Source: Paraphysomonas bandaiensis (taxonomy: Eukaryota; Protista; Chrysophyceae). From it: a DNA stretch of 64,000 bases. Under the pieces are notes generated by a model, which did no database searches, was not told the DNA's origin, and saw only the letters and a list, made by a program, of their open reading frames with translations. The translations under genes and the position numbers were made by a program. Shown piece by piece: positions 25,926-42,992 of this stretch (the first letter of the stretch is position 1; every line of letters starts with the position of its first letter). Where the stretch lies: contig CBFFRP010000296.1 in NCBI GenBank assembly GCA_965644295.1, positions 345,946 through 409,945 of the forward strand. The letters are read 5' to 3'.

Positions 25926-26296
25926 CAAATTCGTAATTAATTTATGACGAGGTATTACACCAATATTGGTGTGATAAGGTAAATTACACCTACCATTTTG
26001 CTCAACATTACTTCAGCTATAACGCTGTGAATACCACAAATTTACACAAGTGCTACAATTGTGCTGCCCATTACAGTCATTCTGTTGTCGGCATCTGTTG
26101 TTTCGCAACAAATTCGTAATTAATTTATGACGAGGTATTACACCAATATTGGTGTGATAAGGTAAATTACACCTACCATTTTGCTCAACATTACTTCAGC
26201 TATAACGCTGTGAATACCACAAATTTACACAAGTCCTACAATTGTGCTGCCCATTACAGTCATTCTGTTGTCGGCATCTGTTGTTTCGCAACAAAT
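25926..26296. repeat. 183-bp tandem duplication just downstream of the ABCC stop codon
   Basis: 25926-26108 and 26109-26291 differ at one base that I could see; CAAAT microhomology at the junctions. Confidence 0.92.
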
Positions 26297-26325
26297 CATT
26301 CAAGAATAGCGTCATTGATATTGCA

Positions 26326-31530
<5,205 letters not shown>

Positions 31531-32049
31531 CGCCCGATATCTTCAGTTAACTATAGGCTAAGAACAAGCCTGTACAGTTGTAGTAGAAGCTTCGGTATGA
31601 GAGATCGAGAGAGTATGAACTAGAGGATACACGGCACAGTGCTGTGAGACACTGATGTGATATGGTCCAGCTGTACTGTATATCTGCTGTATATCATGTA
31701 TACCTATACTGCCACTCCATATCACTCCACATTCATGTATTCTGCTGTACATCAATGTACAGCTGCTGTAGGTACATAAATTGCCATATGTTAGTGATAA
31801 ACCCAATCAACCTATCATATAGCTGGTGTAAAGATTAATTGGCTAATATTCTCTGTTACCTATTGCACTGGTCAGGGGCCACACCTGCAGATTGGCTCTA
31901 CTCACTCAGCAATATCACTACTACCTCCAGCTGCCCAGAGGTCCACCTCACTAGAAACAATGCCCGGCATGTTAGCGGCAGCGTAATTATATTTCAGCCA
32001 GGAAGTGGGCTAGCAATATACGTGAGGCACCTGCCATATGAGGAGTCTC

Positions 32050-33933
32050 ATGCTGCAGTACATTTTTAATCTTTTTATCCACCTTTCCTTTGCAAGGTAT
32101 TTCGTTTGCATGTTAATACTGTAATCAGCGGTCTCTACATAGTGCAAATTTTTCGATCACGAAAGGAGGTAGGATTCGTGTGGGGTCTTGCAATTTTTCA
32201 GAAACCCTATATCACCCTATCGACGACCCGACGACATGGTCAGCATGCGAAGATGCTACTTCGTTCACATGGACATACGATTTTGACAATGACATAGGTA
32301 TCACAAAAAACTGCTTATGATTGTTTTCACATGCCTTTGAACAGATATGCTGTCCGAGGTTGACAGAGTACGTCTCTCACGCTCCAATGGATTTTGTCCG
32401 CATCGGTTAGAACCGCATTTGTTTTTTTGTGTGGAAATCTGTTTCGTATGTTTTGTAATGCTTCTACACAGTCGAAATTGATGTATATATTGTATGATGG
32501 TATATGTTTTCCAGAAGGTGTCAGTTACTCAATATTTCGAGTTCTGGTCCCAACGATACGTGCCCAAGCGGCCTCTGCTACACAAAAGTGGAGGTATGCT
32601 CTCCAGCACGCCGTATTTGAAATTTTAGTGATTTTGTAATATTATTATGTTTCTAGAATGGTCGACCTTCTTTCGGAGCATGCTGTTTCAAGCAAGGTGT
32701 CTATAACCACGGTAAGGTGATTCACGTCGCTCCTAAGTACTTAAGTTGACGCGCTTAGGATCACTGATTGGCTATTTTTATAAGTCTCAGCCAACTCCGA
32801 AGCCTATATACAAGCATAACAGGGTTATACTTGGTGGAAATAGTAGCCTTGAAAGTTATGAGAGATTTATAAATGCGAATGAGGTGAGGTGCGCGCCAGC
32901 AATATGTTAACCTACAGAGAACACATTTTCAATTACGTATATGTTAGCGTAGCTCAACAGCAGTATTTTAGGTATTACCTAGGCTGATTGCAACGCAGTG
33001 TCCACTTACTGGCAACCCATCCGGATATGCGAACACCGTAAATGACGTGAAAGTTATGGCACTGGAGCGAAATATATCATACTGGGTACAGATTGCTCCT
33101 TACTCTGAAGACGGAAGTTTACCACCTCCGTATGAGCTATCTGTCCCATCAAAATTCTGTGATATATTTCCACTTAAGTATTTTTCCGATTCCACTGACT
33201 CAAACGCTGTTGGCGTCAGGGACTTTGCGTATACTCATCACAAAGAAAATTTTTATTATAATATGACATATACACTATATGGACACATGATGGCAGGTGG
33301 AGTAGCTCTCGGTAAGCCTCCAAACGACTCTATGAATGCAGAGGTATGCGCATATACATTCAATTTTGCAGCCTGTTAAGAAATATCCCCGTAAGATTTG
33401 TATACAGTGTTCGACATCAAGTGAAGTAGTAAGGCGAGTGACACACGTTTGGTTTTATCGATGGGACGACTTTTCCGTTCCCGATGCAGTGCATTTTTCT
33501 GTTCTGGATAAAATATCAACAGAGGCTTCGAGTCATATGGATAGAAATCACTCAATTGCTATTTCATGTTTCAGTGGCAGAGGAAGGTATGAATTGGCAT
33601 ATATTACTGTGATGAATATAGTCATGCTGCACGCACCTAGAGTCACTTCATTGGTATAGATCTGGAACATTTGCTGCCGTTGTCGCTGCGAAGCATCGTC
33701 GGGCACGTACTTACAGTGAGGTTGTTGATTTAATCATTGAAATGAGGCGAAGTAGAGATGGTCTTGTAGAAACTCCTGCGCAAATGAAGTTCATACTGCG
33801 CCTTCTCGATGAATATTACTTCGATGAAATAAAAATGGGTCCATTCGATGTGCAAGTTGGAATATTACGCGCTTTCCTGGCTTTTATCGTATCCATTGCC
33901 GTGTATGTCTTCTATGTGGGTACTTGTGATTAG
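32050..33933 (+). CDS. Classical protein-tyrosine-phosphatase domain protein with predicted signal peptide and C-terminal TM helix (about 9 exons)
   Basis: Manual splicing gives MLQYIFNLFIHLSFASANFS..., Cys-rich region, PIYKHNRVIL, FINANE, LIATQCPL, HVWFYRWDDFSVP, ISCFSGRGRSGT (CX5R), MRRSRDGLVETPAQ, TM GILRAFLAFIVSIAVYVFYV. Confidence 0.8.
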
Positions 33934-34537
33934 AGTGTGGATGGCATCAGTGTGTATGCGATATGTAAGCATGATGTATATAATGTAATTATTAATAGTT
34001 AATAGTTAATAGTAATCAGTTCGATACGTGCATACTGAAAGTAAAATCTGCAAATCATAAGTTTATATATATATTATATGACGCACATAATCCTGATGAG
34101 CAAAATGGCCCAAATAGTTTGGTTGTCACCACTCCAAATCAACTCCCGCATCAGAACTCTCCAGTAATATTCTTGACGTGTTATTGCGAAGTCCGGCGTT
34201 TGAAGAGAGGTCACTTACATTGACATCGTCCTGGTATTTTTCATCAGATGACGAGCCAAAATATCTCTCGGGGTGTTTGATAATCTGTTGCTGAGAGAAG
34301 TGATTCATCAGTTCCCAGTATTATAATGATGAACTGTCAATATCATAATCAGTTGTGTATGTTTGAACAGAATATTAAGTTGAATGTCTATAGTCTATTA
34401 AGTTGAATGCCCGGTGCTTATATGAGCCTTCTGTTGAACCCAGTTCAGGTCAAAAGGCAAAATGGGATAACTACAATTTCGCTATGTTATGTTGCAGATA
34501 CTATAATAACACGCTTTCACTAGATATATATTGAGCC

Positions 34538-34732
34538 TTTGGGTCGCACGTTGGTGCTTGCGGCGACGCACAAGCAGCTTCTGTAGCGCTAAATAGTAGG
34601 ATAATAATAATGAGTTTGTGCTGATTAGTTATGGATAGCGGTCTAGATACTAGATAGTCTGTCTAGCATTCAACTAGCCACTACATTGGTGCAGATTTTT
34701 AACGCCTACTGCTAAATAATAAGACTTTCAAT
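34538..34732 (+). mobile_element. SINE-like or 5'-truncated non-LTR retroelement insert, about 195 bp
   Basis: Flanked by 14-bp direct repeat ATATATATTGAGCC (34524-34537, 34733-34746); a diverged inverted copy lies at about 39732-39910. Confidence 0.65.
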
Positions 34733-35013
34733 ATATATATTGAGCCAAAACACAGCTAATACTTGAAGTATTTCTACATAGTGAGTAATCAACTTGACGT
34801 AATTTAGAAATATATTGTCTGGATTTTTGGCTTTAAAGTAACATTATGAATATCTGGGCTAAATTTGTAACTAAAACTAAAATCGTAGCCGCGAATCATT
34901 ACATACATCGAACTGCGTTCATTTTACAATATAGCTTGCCCGCAAACTTCAGGACAAGCATCGCAGTTTATTCTAACATACGTAGTAGAAGGGTGATTGA
35001 CACGACTAAGGTG

Positions 35014-35856
35014 TCAACTAGCTTTGGCTAGTCTCTGAATCCATAAAATACCATCCGGCTCGCCGTTGACACGTGGTTTACTAAGCTTTATCATATACTC
35101 ATTGAGTTGACTATATTTCGCTACTATTTTCTCGTGAATGCTTGGGGAGTGCGTTCCAATGAGAATATTGTCGACCCTGGTGTTATCTACAGTCCAATTT
35201 CTCAGTATCTTCTCCTCCTGTCCCTGCACGTCGATCATCATCAACCCGATGCGAGCGCTCTGGCTCTGGTCTCGTAAAGCTATAGGAAGAAGGGAATTCA
35301 TAGTCATTGCCGCTACATGCTCGGCATGGTGATTACTACTTCGACCACTTATGATACCAGAACCAAACCCTTTGTGTATATTGACAAACTTTGTTTCGTT
35401 GTTGTCGGTGATTGCATGTGGAACGGAGATATACGGGAAACCCCCATTAAGGCCCACATGCTCCGCCATCATGTCGCGAAATTTTTTCACGGGATTTACA
35501 GCCACAATGTGTAAGGTTGGACATAGTTTCTTCGCCAAAATGCAATAATATCCACCAGCAGCACCAATGTCAAGGAAGATTCTATCCTCAGTGCATATCG
35601 ATTGGAGAATACTACTGAACACCTTCTCTACCTCTGGCTCGTGTATGTTGACAGTACTGTACCGTGAAATTTGCACCGGAATCAAATGCTTCTTCAGGAA
35701 TATTACACCATTGTCAAACACATGGACCTCTGACGGTGGCAAAACAGCAGCGGATGGGTTTATTTCGCGCACACTCTCATCGAGTTCTGCTCCTGAAGGG
35801 GTCAATAATAACACCAACAAGCAAAACCAAACTAACCAAGCACTGATGACATACAT
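35014..35856 (-). CDS. FkbM-family SAM-dependent methyltransferase with signal peptide
   Basis: Intronless; hydrophobic leader ending PSGA; FLDIGAAGGYY; MIDVQGQEEKIL; ILIGTHS. Confidence 0.85.
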   Translation of the reverse strand: MYVISAWLVWFCLLVLLLTPSGAELDESVREINPSAAVLPPSEVHVFDNGVIFLKKHLIPVQISRYSTVNIHEPEVEKVFSSILQSICTEDRIFLDIGAAGGYYCILAKKLCPTLHIVAVNPVKKFRDMMAEHVGLNGGFPYISVPHAITDNNETKFVNIHKGFGSGIISGRSSNHHAEHVAAMTMNSLLPIALRDQSQSARIGLMMIDVQGQEEKILRNWTVDNTRVDNILIGTHSPSIHEKIVAKYSQLNEYMIKLSKPRVNGEPDGILWIQRLAKAS

Positions 35857-36307
35857 TGCAATGTAGTCCTGGCAATGTATGTAATATTCGTGAAGGCTGA
35901 TAATTATTTTGACAGAGTGACAGATGGAGATGTGCCATATATGTACCTATAGCCTATAGGTATACCGGGATACGGTATACTACGAAAGTACAACAATACC
36001 GACGTAGTTTTAGTTTAGTATACTTGAATAATACGTTATATGCAGAGAGAGAATACCGCGGTACGGCAACTCCACTACAAAATTATCTCATCCACACATT
36101 TATTGCTGGAGTGGAATGAGACAATAGAAAAACGAAGTTTCGATACCGAAGGCTGCGTATGTATGTATGTGTGTGGGTTGGCATGTGGTGTATGAGTGTA
36201 CGGCAGCAAACAGCATACAGCACAGGCATATATACTACCAACTTGCCGTTTTCACATCCCTGGCATTTCCCATACAATAGGCATTGCCCCAACTTGGTGT
36301 GGCGATC

Positions 36308-37915
36308 ATGGTTGAAGCAGTCTCATCCACCCCCGACGTAGTGGTTCCAGAACAGCCTGTAAAGGTGCGTAAAGCTCACGTGCCTAAACCAGACAAGTCC
36401 GAGCTACAGGCCCGAAGCGATGAGATTCAGGCACAGATTTCTGCTTTGCAAAATGAGGCAAAGGAAATTAAGGCGAAGATGGATAAGATTTTCAACGATA
36501 GGAGTGGATCGAAGGTAGTTTATTATTATCGCATGAGTGCAGTAGAGGTGACTGGCTTTGTGCTTGTGTAGGGAGAGTTTGAAGCGGCCAAAACCCTGAT
36601 GCAGGCACTCATTGCCGAGAAGAAGCAACTAGTTGCAGAGAAAAATGCACTAGGAGATGCCAGAGATGCGGCCCGGGATAAGATCAATGCTCGTATCAAT
36701 GCGGAGAAAGCAGCGCGCTCTGACCTCAAATTCAGCAGCCTAGAGGCAATCGACAAGCAGATAAGAGACCTTGAGTCTAAACAGGCTCGCACAACCATGT
36801 CTCTTACTGATGAGAAGAAAATTATTAAGGAAATCAAAGCTCTTCAGGCTAGCAAAAAGACTGTTGCGACTTTGGCTGATATGAAGCAAGCAATTGAGGC
36901 ATTGAAGGTGGAGAAGTCGGCCATCGACAAAAATTACTTAGACAAAGCCAGCGAAGTAAAGAGAGTTAACGAACGCCTCACTGCTCAAAGAGAGGTTCTA
37001 GATAGCCTCAACAAGGATAATTCGCAAAATCGTGAGGCCATTCCCAGTCTCCGCCAGAAACAGTCAGAAATCAAAGAGCAGGTGAATTCCAAGTACCAGC
37101 AGATAAAAGCTCTGCGAGCTGAGTTCAAAGCCAAGGAAGATGCGTACTACGCACATTTGGCTGAGGAACGTGCCAGGAAGAAGGAAGCACGACAGAAGGA
37201 GATCGAGGCGCGCAAGGCACAGGAAGAGGAACGCAGAAAGGCTCTGTGAGTATTGCCTTCTTGTCCACCAACTATGACTATGATTTAATGTTATCATAAT
37301 TTTGACAGTGAGGCTGCGGAACTTGCCAGAATACCTTACGAGGAAGAGATCAATCTCTGTGACTACCTCGTTACTTATCTCGAGACTTTTGTGGACACTT
37401 CCAAAAGCACAGGTTCTGCTGACACTGCTGCTAATTCGTCACAAGCTGCTGCAGTCGAGGGCTTTGCCGGCATGAAGGTCCTTAAGCGCGATCAGGAGGA
37501 CTTTGCTGTGTTGGGTAACTCCAAGAAGAGGGGCAAGAAGAAGGGTGGAGGAAATACGAAGAAGGATGTCATCTCTCACGGAGTCGATACGATAGACTCC
37601 TTTGCCATGTTGGACGTAGTTCCACCAACTAACGTACAAGGTGTTCCCGCCGCAATTGAACAGCTAAAGGAAAAGAAAACTTATTACCAGGGCCTGGAGC
37701 GGGGGGCTGTTGAGAGTATTTCTTCCCGCCTCAGGAATGAGAAGGAGAAGAAGGCTGCGGCCGAAGGGAAAAAGAAGACCGGAAAGACTGTGTTCAACCT
37801 CGAGTCTGATTTTCCTGGCCTTACCGTAGCTGAAGTGACCGCTAAAAAGGATGCTGTGAACTCATCTACTGATCAGCCGGTGGAAGAAGCCACACCTGTA
37901 TCTGACAGCGCATAG
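36308..37915 (+). CDS. Bfr1 / nuclear segregation protein-like coiled-coil protein (3 exons)
   Basis: VPKPD, long K/E coiled coil, TMSLTDEKKIIKEI, PYEEEINLCDYLVTYL, DSFAMLDVVPP...AIEQLKEKK; introns about 36514-36571 and 37246-37308. Confidence 0.7.
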
Positions 37916-38133
37916 TCAGAGAACAAAATGACTTGATCTGCTCCATTCCGTATAAGCGATTGTGGTGTGAATGTTACTTGGCCGACTGTTCTTTCTGTTT
38001 GGCAGCATGGTCATTGTTTCCCCTAATAATATCTTATCTCGGGTTGGCAATTTCAATATAGTTGATGTACAAGTCATTCTTTATATTTGTGATAGAATTA
38101 GTTTAGTTGAACCACTTCGAAATACGTATGTTA

Positions 38134-39393
38134 CAGGGCTAGGAAACAATACATTGTACAATATATTGCAATATATTGTAAAATATATTGATTGTTCGAC
38201 CGGCCGAAAATCCCATCAATATTGTTTCTGTTAAAGTGGCTCACAATATATTGCAGTCAATATTATCATAGTCATATAAGAGAAGATCCTTAACTGTAGG
38301 GTAAAAAATACAAGTCCATGTATATAAATATCCGGAAAATAAGAAAAAAAGCCTATTTTTGATGTTATTTTCTATTTTCTATGTATCGCCAGCTCAAACA
38401 ATACTCTACACCTCTCCACATGTATGTACAGTACTTCTCTTAATATAGTATATATATCCTATACTACAGTGATAAGAAGAGACAACTGAACGATGAATGT
38501 ATACAAAAGTAGAGATATTTACCGCTGTTTTTGGAGTTCGGTTGAAGGTGAGCCAAACAAGCATGAATGAAAAGTCTGTGGGCGCATACGAGTACAAAAG
38601 ATATCGAATGGCTACAACAACTTGAAGTGCCACACATCGTCACATGTATGATGGTGAGTGGGAAGATTCCATGAAGAAATATTTACGGGTTGTCTGCACC
38701 AATGGTCCCATGGATGCTTTTGTTTTCCAACCTTCGGGCAAAGCAAAAACATTTTTGAGAGTGGGTAGAGTGATTAATGCTGATAATGTTTGCATTATTG
38801 TTGAGTTTTGCATTGGGAACAACTGCGTTACAAACAGAAAGCTGGCAAACGATTCCGGTAATACCTTTGTTTGAGTAAAATCGTCGTCTGTTATAACTTT
38901 TCAATAGTGTATAGGTGTGCCCCTAGTTGGATGTCATCTCATCGACTTAACCTTGCGGTCAATGAACTCCTCGGGAACAAAGAGAAGCGAAATAAGGAAG
39001 GAGTTGTGACAAGACCTGACCAAGGCATTAGATCTCTCATTCGGCACGTAGACCTACTCATGGGGAAGCTTAAGCAGCCTCAGAATTAATTTTGGATGAA
39101 TATGGTGATGTTGACGTCAGCGATGATGGCTCAGAGGATGAGAACGAGGTGGATTTTTAGTAGCTATAAGCAGTTGTGGGTTTGGTTGTCATAAGATCTT
39201 AATGACTAATACTAAAAATGGAATCTACGGATGTGTTTACTTACTGATTAGTCATACTAATATATTGCAATATATTGACAATATATTGCAATATATTGTA
39301 ATTGTATTGTTGAGTCTGTTTAAAATCTCCATCAATAGTATTGTTGGAACGCTATCTATCAATAGTATTGCAATATATTGTTTCCTAGCCCTG
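38134..39393 (+). mobile_element. Internally deleted hAT DNA transposon with decayed BED-finger transposase, 1260 bp
   Basis: TIRs CAGGGCTAGGAAACAATA(C/T)ATTG (22/23); perfect 8-bp TSD GTATGTTA at 38126-38133 and 39394-39401; many CAATATATTG subterminal repeats. Confidence 0.93.
38493..39160 (+). pseudogene. hAT transposase remnant
   Basis: BED finger FWSSVEGEPNKHE*KVCGRIRVQKISNGYNNLKCHTSSH (a Cys codon now TGA), then frameshifted FVFQPSGKAK..EWVE, VPLVGC/SHRLNLAV (CxxH motif) and acidic end DEYGDVDVSDDGSEDENEVDF. Confidence 0.8.
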
Positions 39394-39423
39394 GTATGTT
39401 ATTTATTCGGTGTGTGTTCTGCT

Positions 39424-39739
39424 CAGGGCTAGGGAACAAAACATTGAATTGCAATATATTGTAAAATATATTCATTGGTAGACTGGCCAAAAAAACATCA
39501 ATATTGCTACTGTTAAGTTAGCTCACAATATATATCGCAATATGTTGCAATCAGTATTTTGATAGTCATATATAGAAAGATTCTGAATTGTACTGTACAA
39601 CAAATAAGTTCATGAACATAAATATCCGGAAAAGGTCTATTTTTGATGTCGTTTTCTGTTTTTATTTTTTATGTATAGCCCGCTTTACAATACTCACTAC
39701 TCATTAGATGTATACTACTTCTCTTAATATAATATATAT
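39424..39739 (+). mobile_element. Diverged left end of a related hAT copy
   Basis: Starts CAGGGCTAGGGAACAA and aligns with 38134-38456 (AAATATCCGGAAAA, CTATTTTTGATGT, TACTTCTCTTAATATA); no right end seen. Confidence 0.85.
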
Positions 39740-39910
39740 TGAAAGTCTTATTATTAGCAATAGGCGTTAAAAACCTGCACCAACTTAGTAGCTAGATGAA
39801 TGCTAGACAAACTAGTTACACCTCTACCTGTAACTAATCAGTACACTCTTTCTTTATCCTACTATTTAACGCTACAGAAAAGCTGTTTGTGCGTCATCGC
39901 AGACACCAAG
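39732..39910 (-). repeat. Inverted, diverged copy of the 34538-34732 element
   Basis: GAAAGTCTTATTATT, TAGGCGTTAAAAA, CTGCACCAA, TGAATGCTAGACA, TAACTAATCAG and TATCCTACTATTTA blocks match the reverse complement of 34550-34740. Confidence 0.85.
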
Positions 39911-40931
39911 GTCTTATCACTATTGCTCTCTATCACACAAAGCAAACACAGTGAACACGCAGAATATTGATAATCTGCTGACTCCAGGATTTTTGAGTCC
40001 TTTTATGGTGAACTCATCCCAGATGCTTGACTTCAGCAGCAGACAGCCCAATACCGCGGATGCCCTTGAGGTGGGCCCAGTCCCTGATGCCTGTTTATTC
40101 GTCAGACACACAAGAAGGAAGGCAACGGGTCGCTCTGCGCCGCTTAGGCATCCCTCTTCGTCTCAAAATATAATAACAAAGTTTTATTACTCTTTCCTCT
40201 TATCACTCTAAGCTCTTATATAATAATATTACATAGTAATTACCATATGGTTCAACTCGCGGTTGCTGAATCAGCAAATTCATCACATTAAGATCCCAAT
40301 GTCAAACCATACATATTCTCCAAAATACATATTCTCCCAATGCTGAGAATTATAAATTATAATCAATATCTCATATCATTCACTACTTCATGTTATCTCT
40401 ACTACCACTCAAGTGACTCTTATACCTTGTACTGTAACTCTACATCATTACTTTCAGTTTTACATTCGAACTACTATCTACCTCATGTCAATATATTAGT
40501 TCTAACTGCTATATGCGTAGTACCATTTACATTAGAAAACTAACGGTTATTTCAACGTTTGCGCTATTCTTAACAGGAAACGGGCAACTGACTTATAGTG
40601 GATTGTATGACAGAACAACTATTACAATTCTACCTTCAAACCTATAACGTAATTGTAGATACTACTGATCATAATCAAACGTGCGGTGACATCCATCATC
40701 CCTGGCTACAATAAGCTTTCGTATACATACATGTATGCACTAACCACTAACGTACTATTCCCATACAAAGGAACAATTTTCAAGACTGTGTATAGTAGAT
40801 TGATAACAGTATTATTTTTAGTGAAGTAATAAAGAAATGATGCAGACAAGTAAATTGCCGTTTTAACACAATATTATATACCCGTTTCTGTTTCTTCTCC
40901 AGCGATTTACCCACTGGATCAAATCACCTAG

Positions 40932-42456
40932 CTACTCACATACCTCTTGCTCTCGCAGTAAATCCATTACACTCTGTACTTGCTCGTATCCAATTCTCAT
41001 AAGAAAAGCGCTTCCTCGTCCATATGATTTCATTCCAATCACGAATACAGAAGATTCTGGGCAACGAAGAGTATCTTTACCTGTATGTTGTACGTTGTAC
41101 ATTATACCCAACTTAGACGGAAATAGCTAATAGTAAACATGAATAAAACTCTGACGGTACCTTGCGCAACTTGTGCAAGGCAGTCTCCACCACCGCCTCC
41201 TGAGGTCAGAAGAGATGCTGCCAGTTTCATGGGTCCTTCCGACGCATAGCAGTAATGAACCTGCAATTCGCGGGTAATTTCCATATCTGGGCGATATCCT
41301 ACGTTGGCATATATTGCACCAACACACACAGACTGTATCCCCTCCGCTCCATCCTTTTCTCGATTCTGAAGAGTTAGCTGATAAAACGGATCTGAATCAG
41401 AAGCCGACTCCTCCTTTACGCCAGTAATATCTACATTGCATAAATATGTCACCGCCGGCAGGCCGGAAAGTGTGCTACCCTTCGCTATATTATTTCCTAT
41501 AGTTGCAAACTCTGTCAGTCTATGAACAGGAATAAAATGCAATTGTGTACAGATTAAAAAGGTACTTATATACCTAAGGCATAAAGAGAATCCCTCTGAG
41601 GCAAAGGGTCTCCAGGGATCCTTTTGTAGGGATCCTGTCCTGGAGGAGTGCGGGTGATCCAAATTACCTCTCGTCCACTTTCTAGTAGAGAGTTGATGCT
41701 CGTGATGGCAGATGCCCCAGAGCCCACCACAGCAACTGGAAGACAAGGCCGCGTGGAAATATTCGATGGAATATGGGTATAATAACTGATTTTTCCCGCC
41801 TGCCTGAGCTGCCGCTCACCAAGGGCAGGTACGCCACCTGGGCCAAGGTAATTAGGATTACTGTACGTGCCAGAAGCGTCAACCACAACATCGCATTCAA
41901 TGACACGTTCTAACTCTTTTCCTTCCGCTCTAGAAGCAGTGAACACACAAAAAGGTTTGCATTTCCTATTCGGATGGTTGGCACTGAATTGGGCCTTACT
42001 TAAGCCTTTTCGCCCCACACTGACAACTTCAGTTGCAAACAAAACTGTGCATCGATTAGATGATTGCATGTACTCAACTAGGGGCGCTAGATACTGTGAC
42101 AAAAACACGCCGGCCAAGAGAAACTCATCGTCTGCGATAAGTTAATGACCTCATATCGCCGAAAGCACAATGCTCTCTCTTACCTGCTGGTGATACCTTT
42201 CCTAACTCTTTCAAAACCTCGCGTCCAGTTTCAGACATATTCAGATGGTTCGGCGAGAAAAGAGATACATGCTTCCAGCTGGACATATTGGCGGCAAATG
42301 AATCCCCTTTCTCTATCAAGGTGACATTATACTCGTTTCGTATGAGTACAAGAGCCATTTCAATGCCCACAGGGCCAGCACCTGCACCATTGTCAGATGC
42401 AACACATATATATCGAGCTATCAGTAACTACCTATAACAGCTACATGTTTACCCAT
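40932..42456 (-). CDS. FAD/NAD(P)-dependent flavoprotein monooxygenase-like oxidoreductase (spliced)
   Basis: VAVIGAGPVG (FAD), WKHVSLFSP, VVDASGTY, VVGSGASA (NADP), ANVGYRPD, ELQVHYCYASEGPMKLAA, GMKSYGRGSAFLMRIGYEQV. Exact 3' end uncertain. Confidence 0.85.
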
Positions 42457-42992
42457 TGTACCCACTTGAATTACAAACAAATGTCAATTGTTCAAATGAA
42501 TCAATATAAACTTGTTGTATGTGATGAACACACCTCCTCAAGTCCACACTGACACTGAGCTGAGTAGAAGCAACAGCAGACCAATATTTGACGGCTCTTT
42601 CTGGACATCATCATGATCTCAAAAATACACTCTTGTATGGGAATTTTCAGATATCCAGCACCCTAGATACACAGCCGTATAGTACGGTATACGGTTTGTA
42701 TACCTTTACAGCAGGACAATCTTGTAGGAGGGAAGGAATACCGCAGCATAAATACTACCATATATATGCAGAGTTTCAGTGAGGGGATGGGTGAGTAGTA
42801 GCCAAGCATGAAGTTTCAGTGCCCTGCAGAGCCCTGAGGCAAGATTACATAGAGACCTACTCGTTCTTTAATATATATACGTATACATGCGACGCACTCA
42901 TCGTATCACGTTTCTGTAATGGCTACGCATATGTTCCGCCTCTACTATCTTTTCAGACATGCGTATTGAACATTCGCAGCTGTTTTAAACTC

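Noticed and set aside
34126-34308. 60-aa acidic minus-strand ORF
   Set aside because: In-frame stop just upstream and no recognisable family; at most a fragment.
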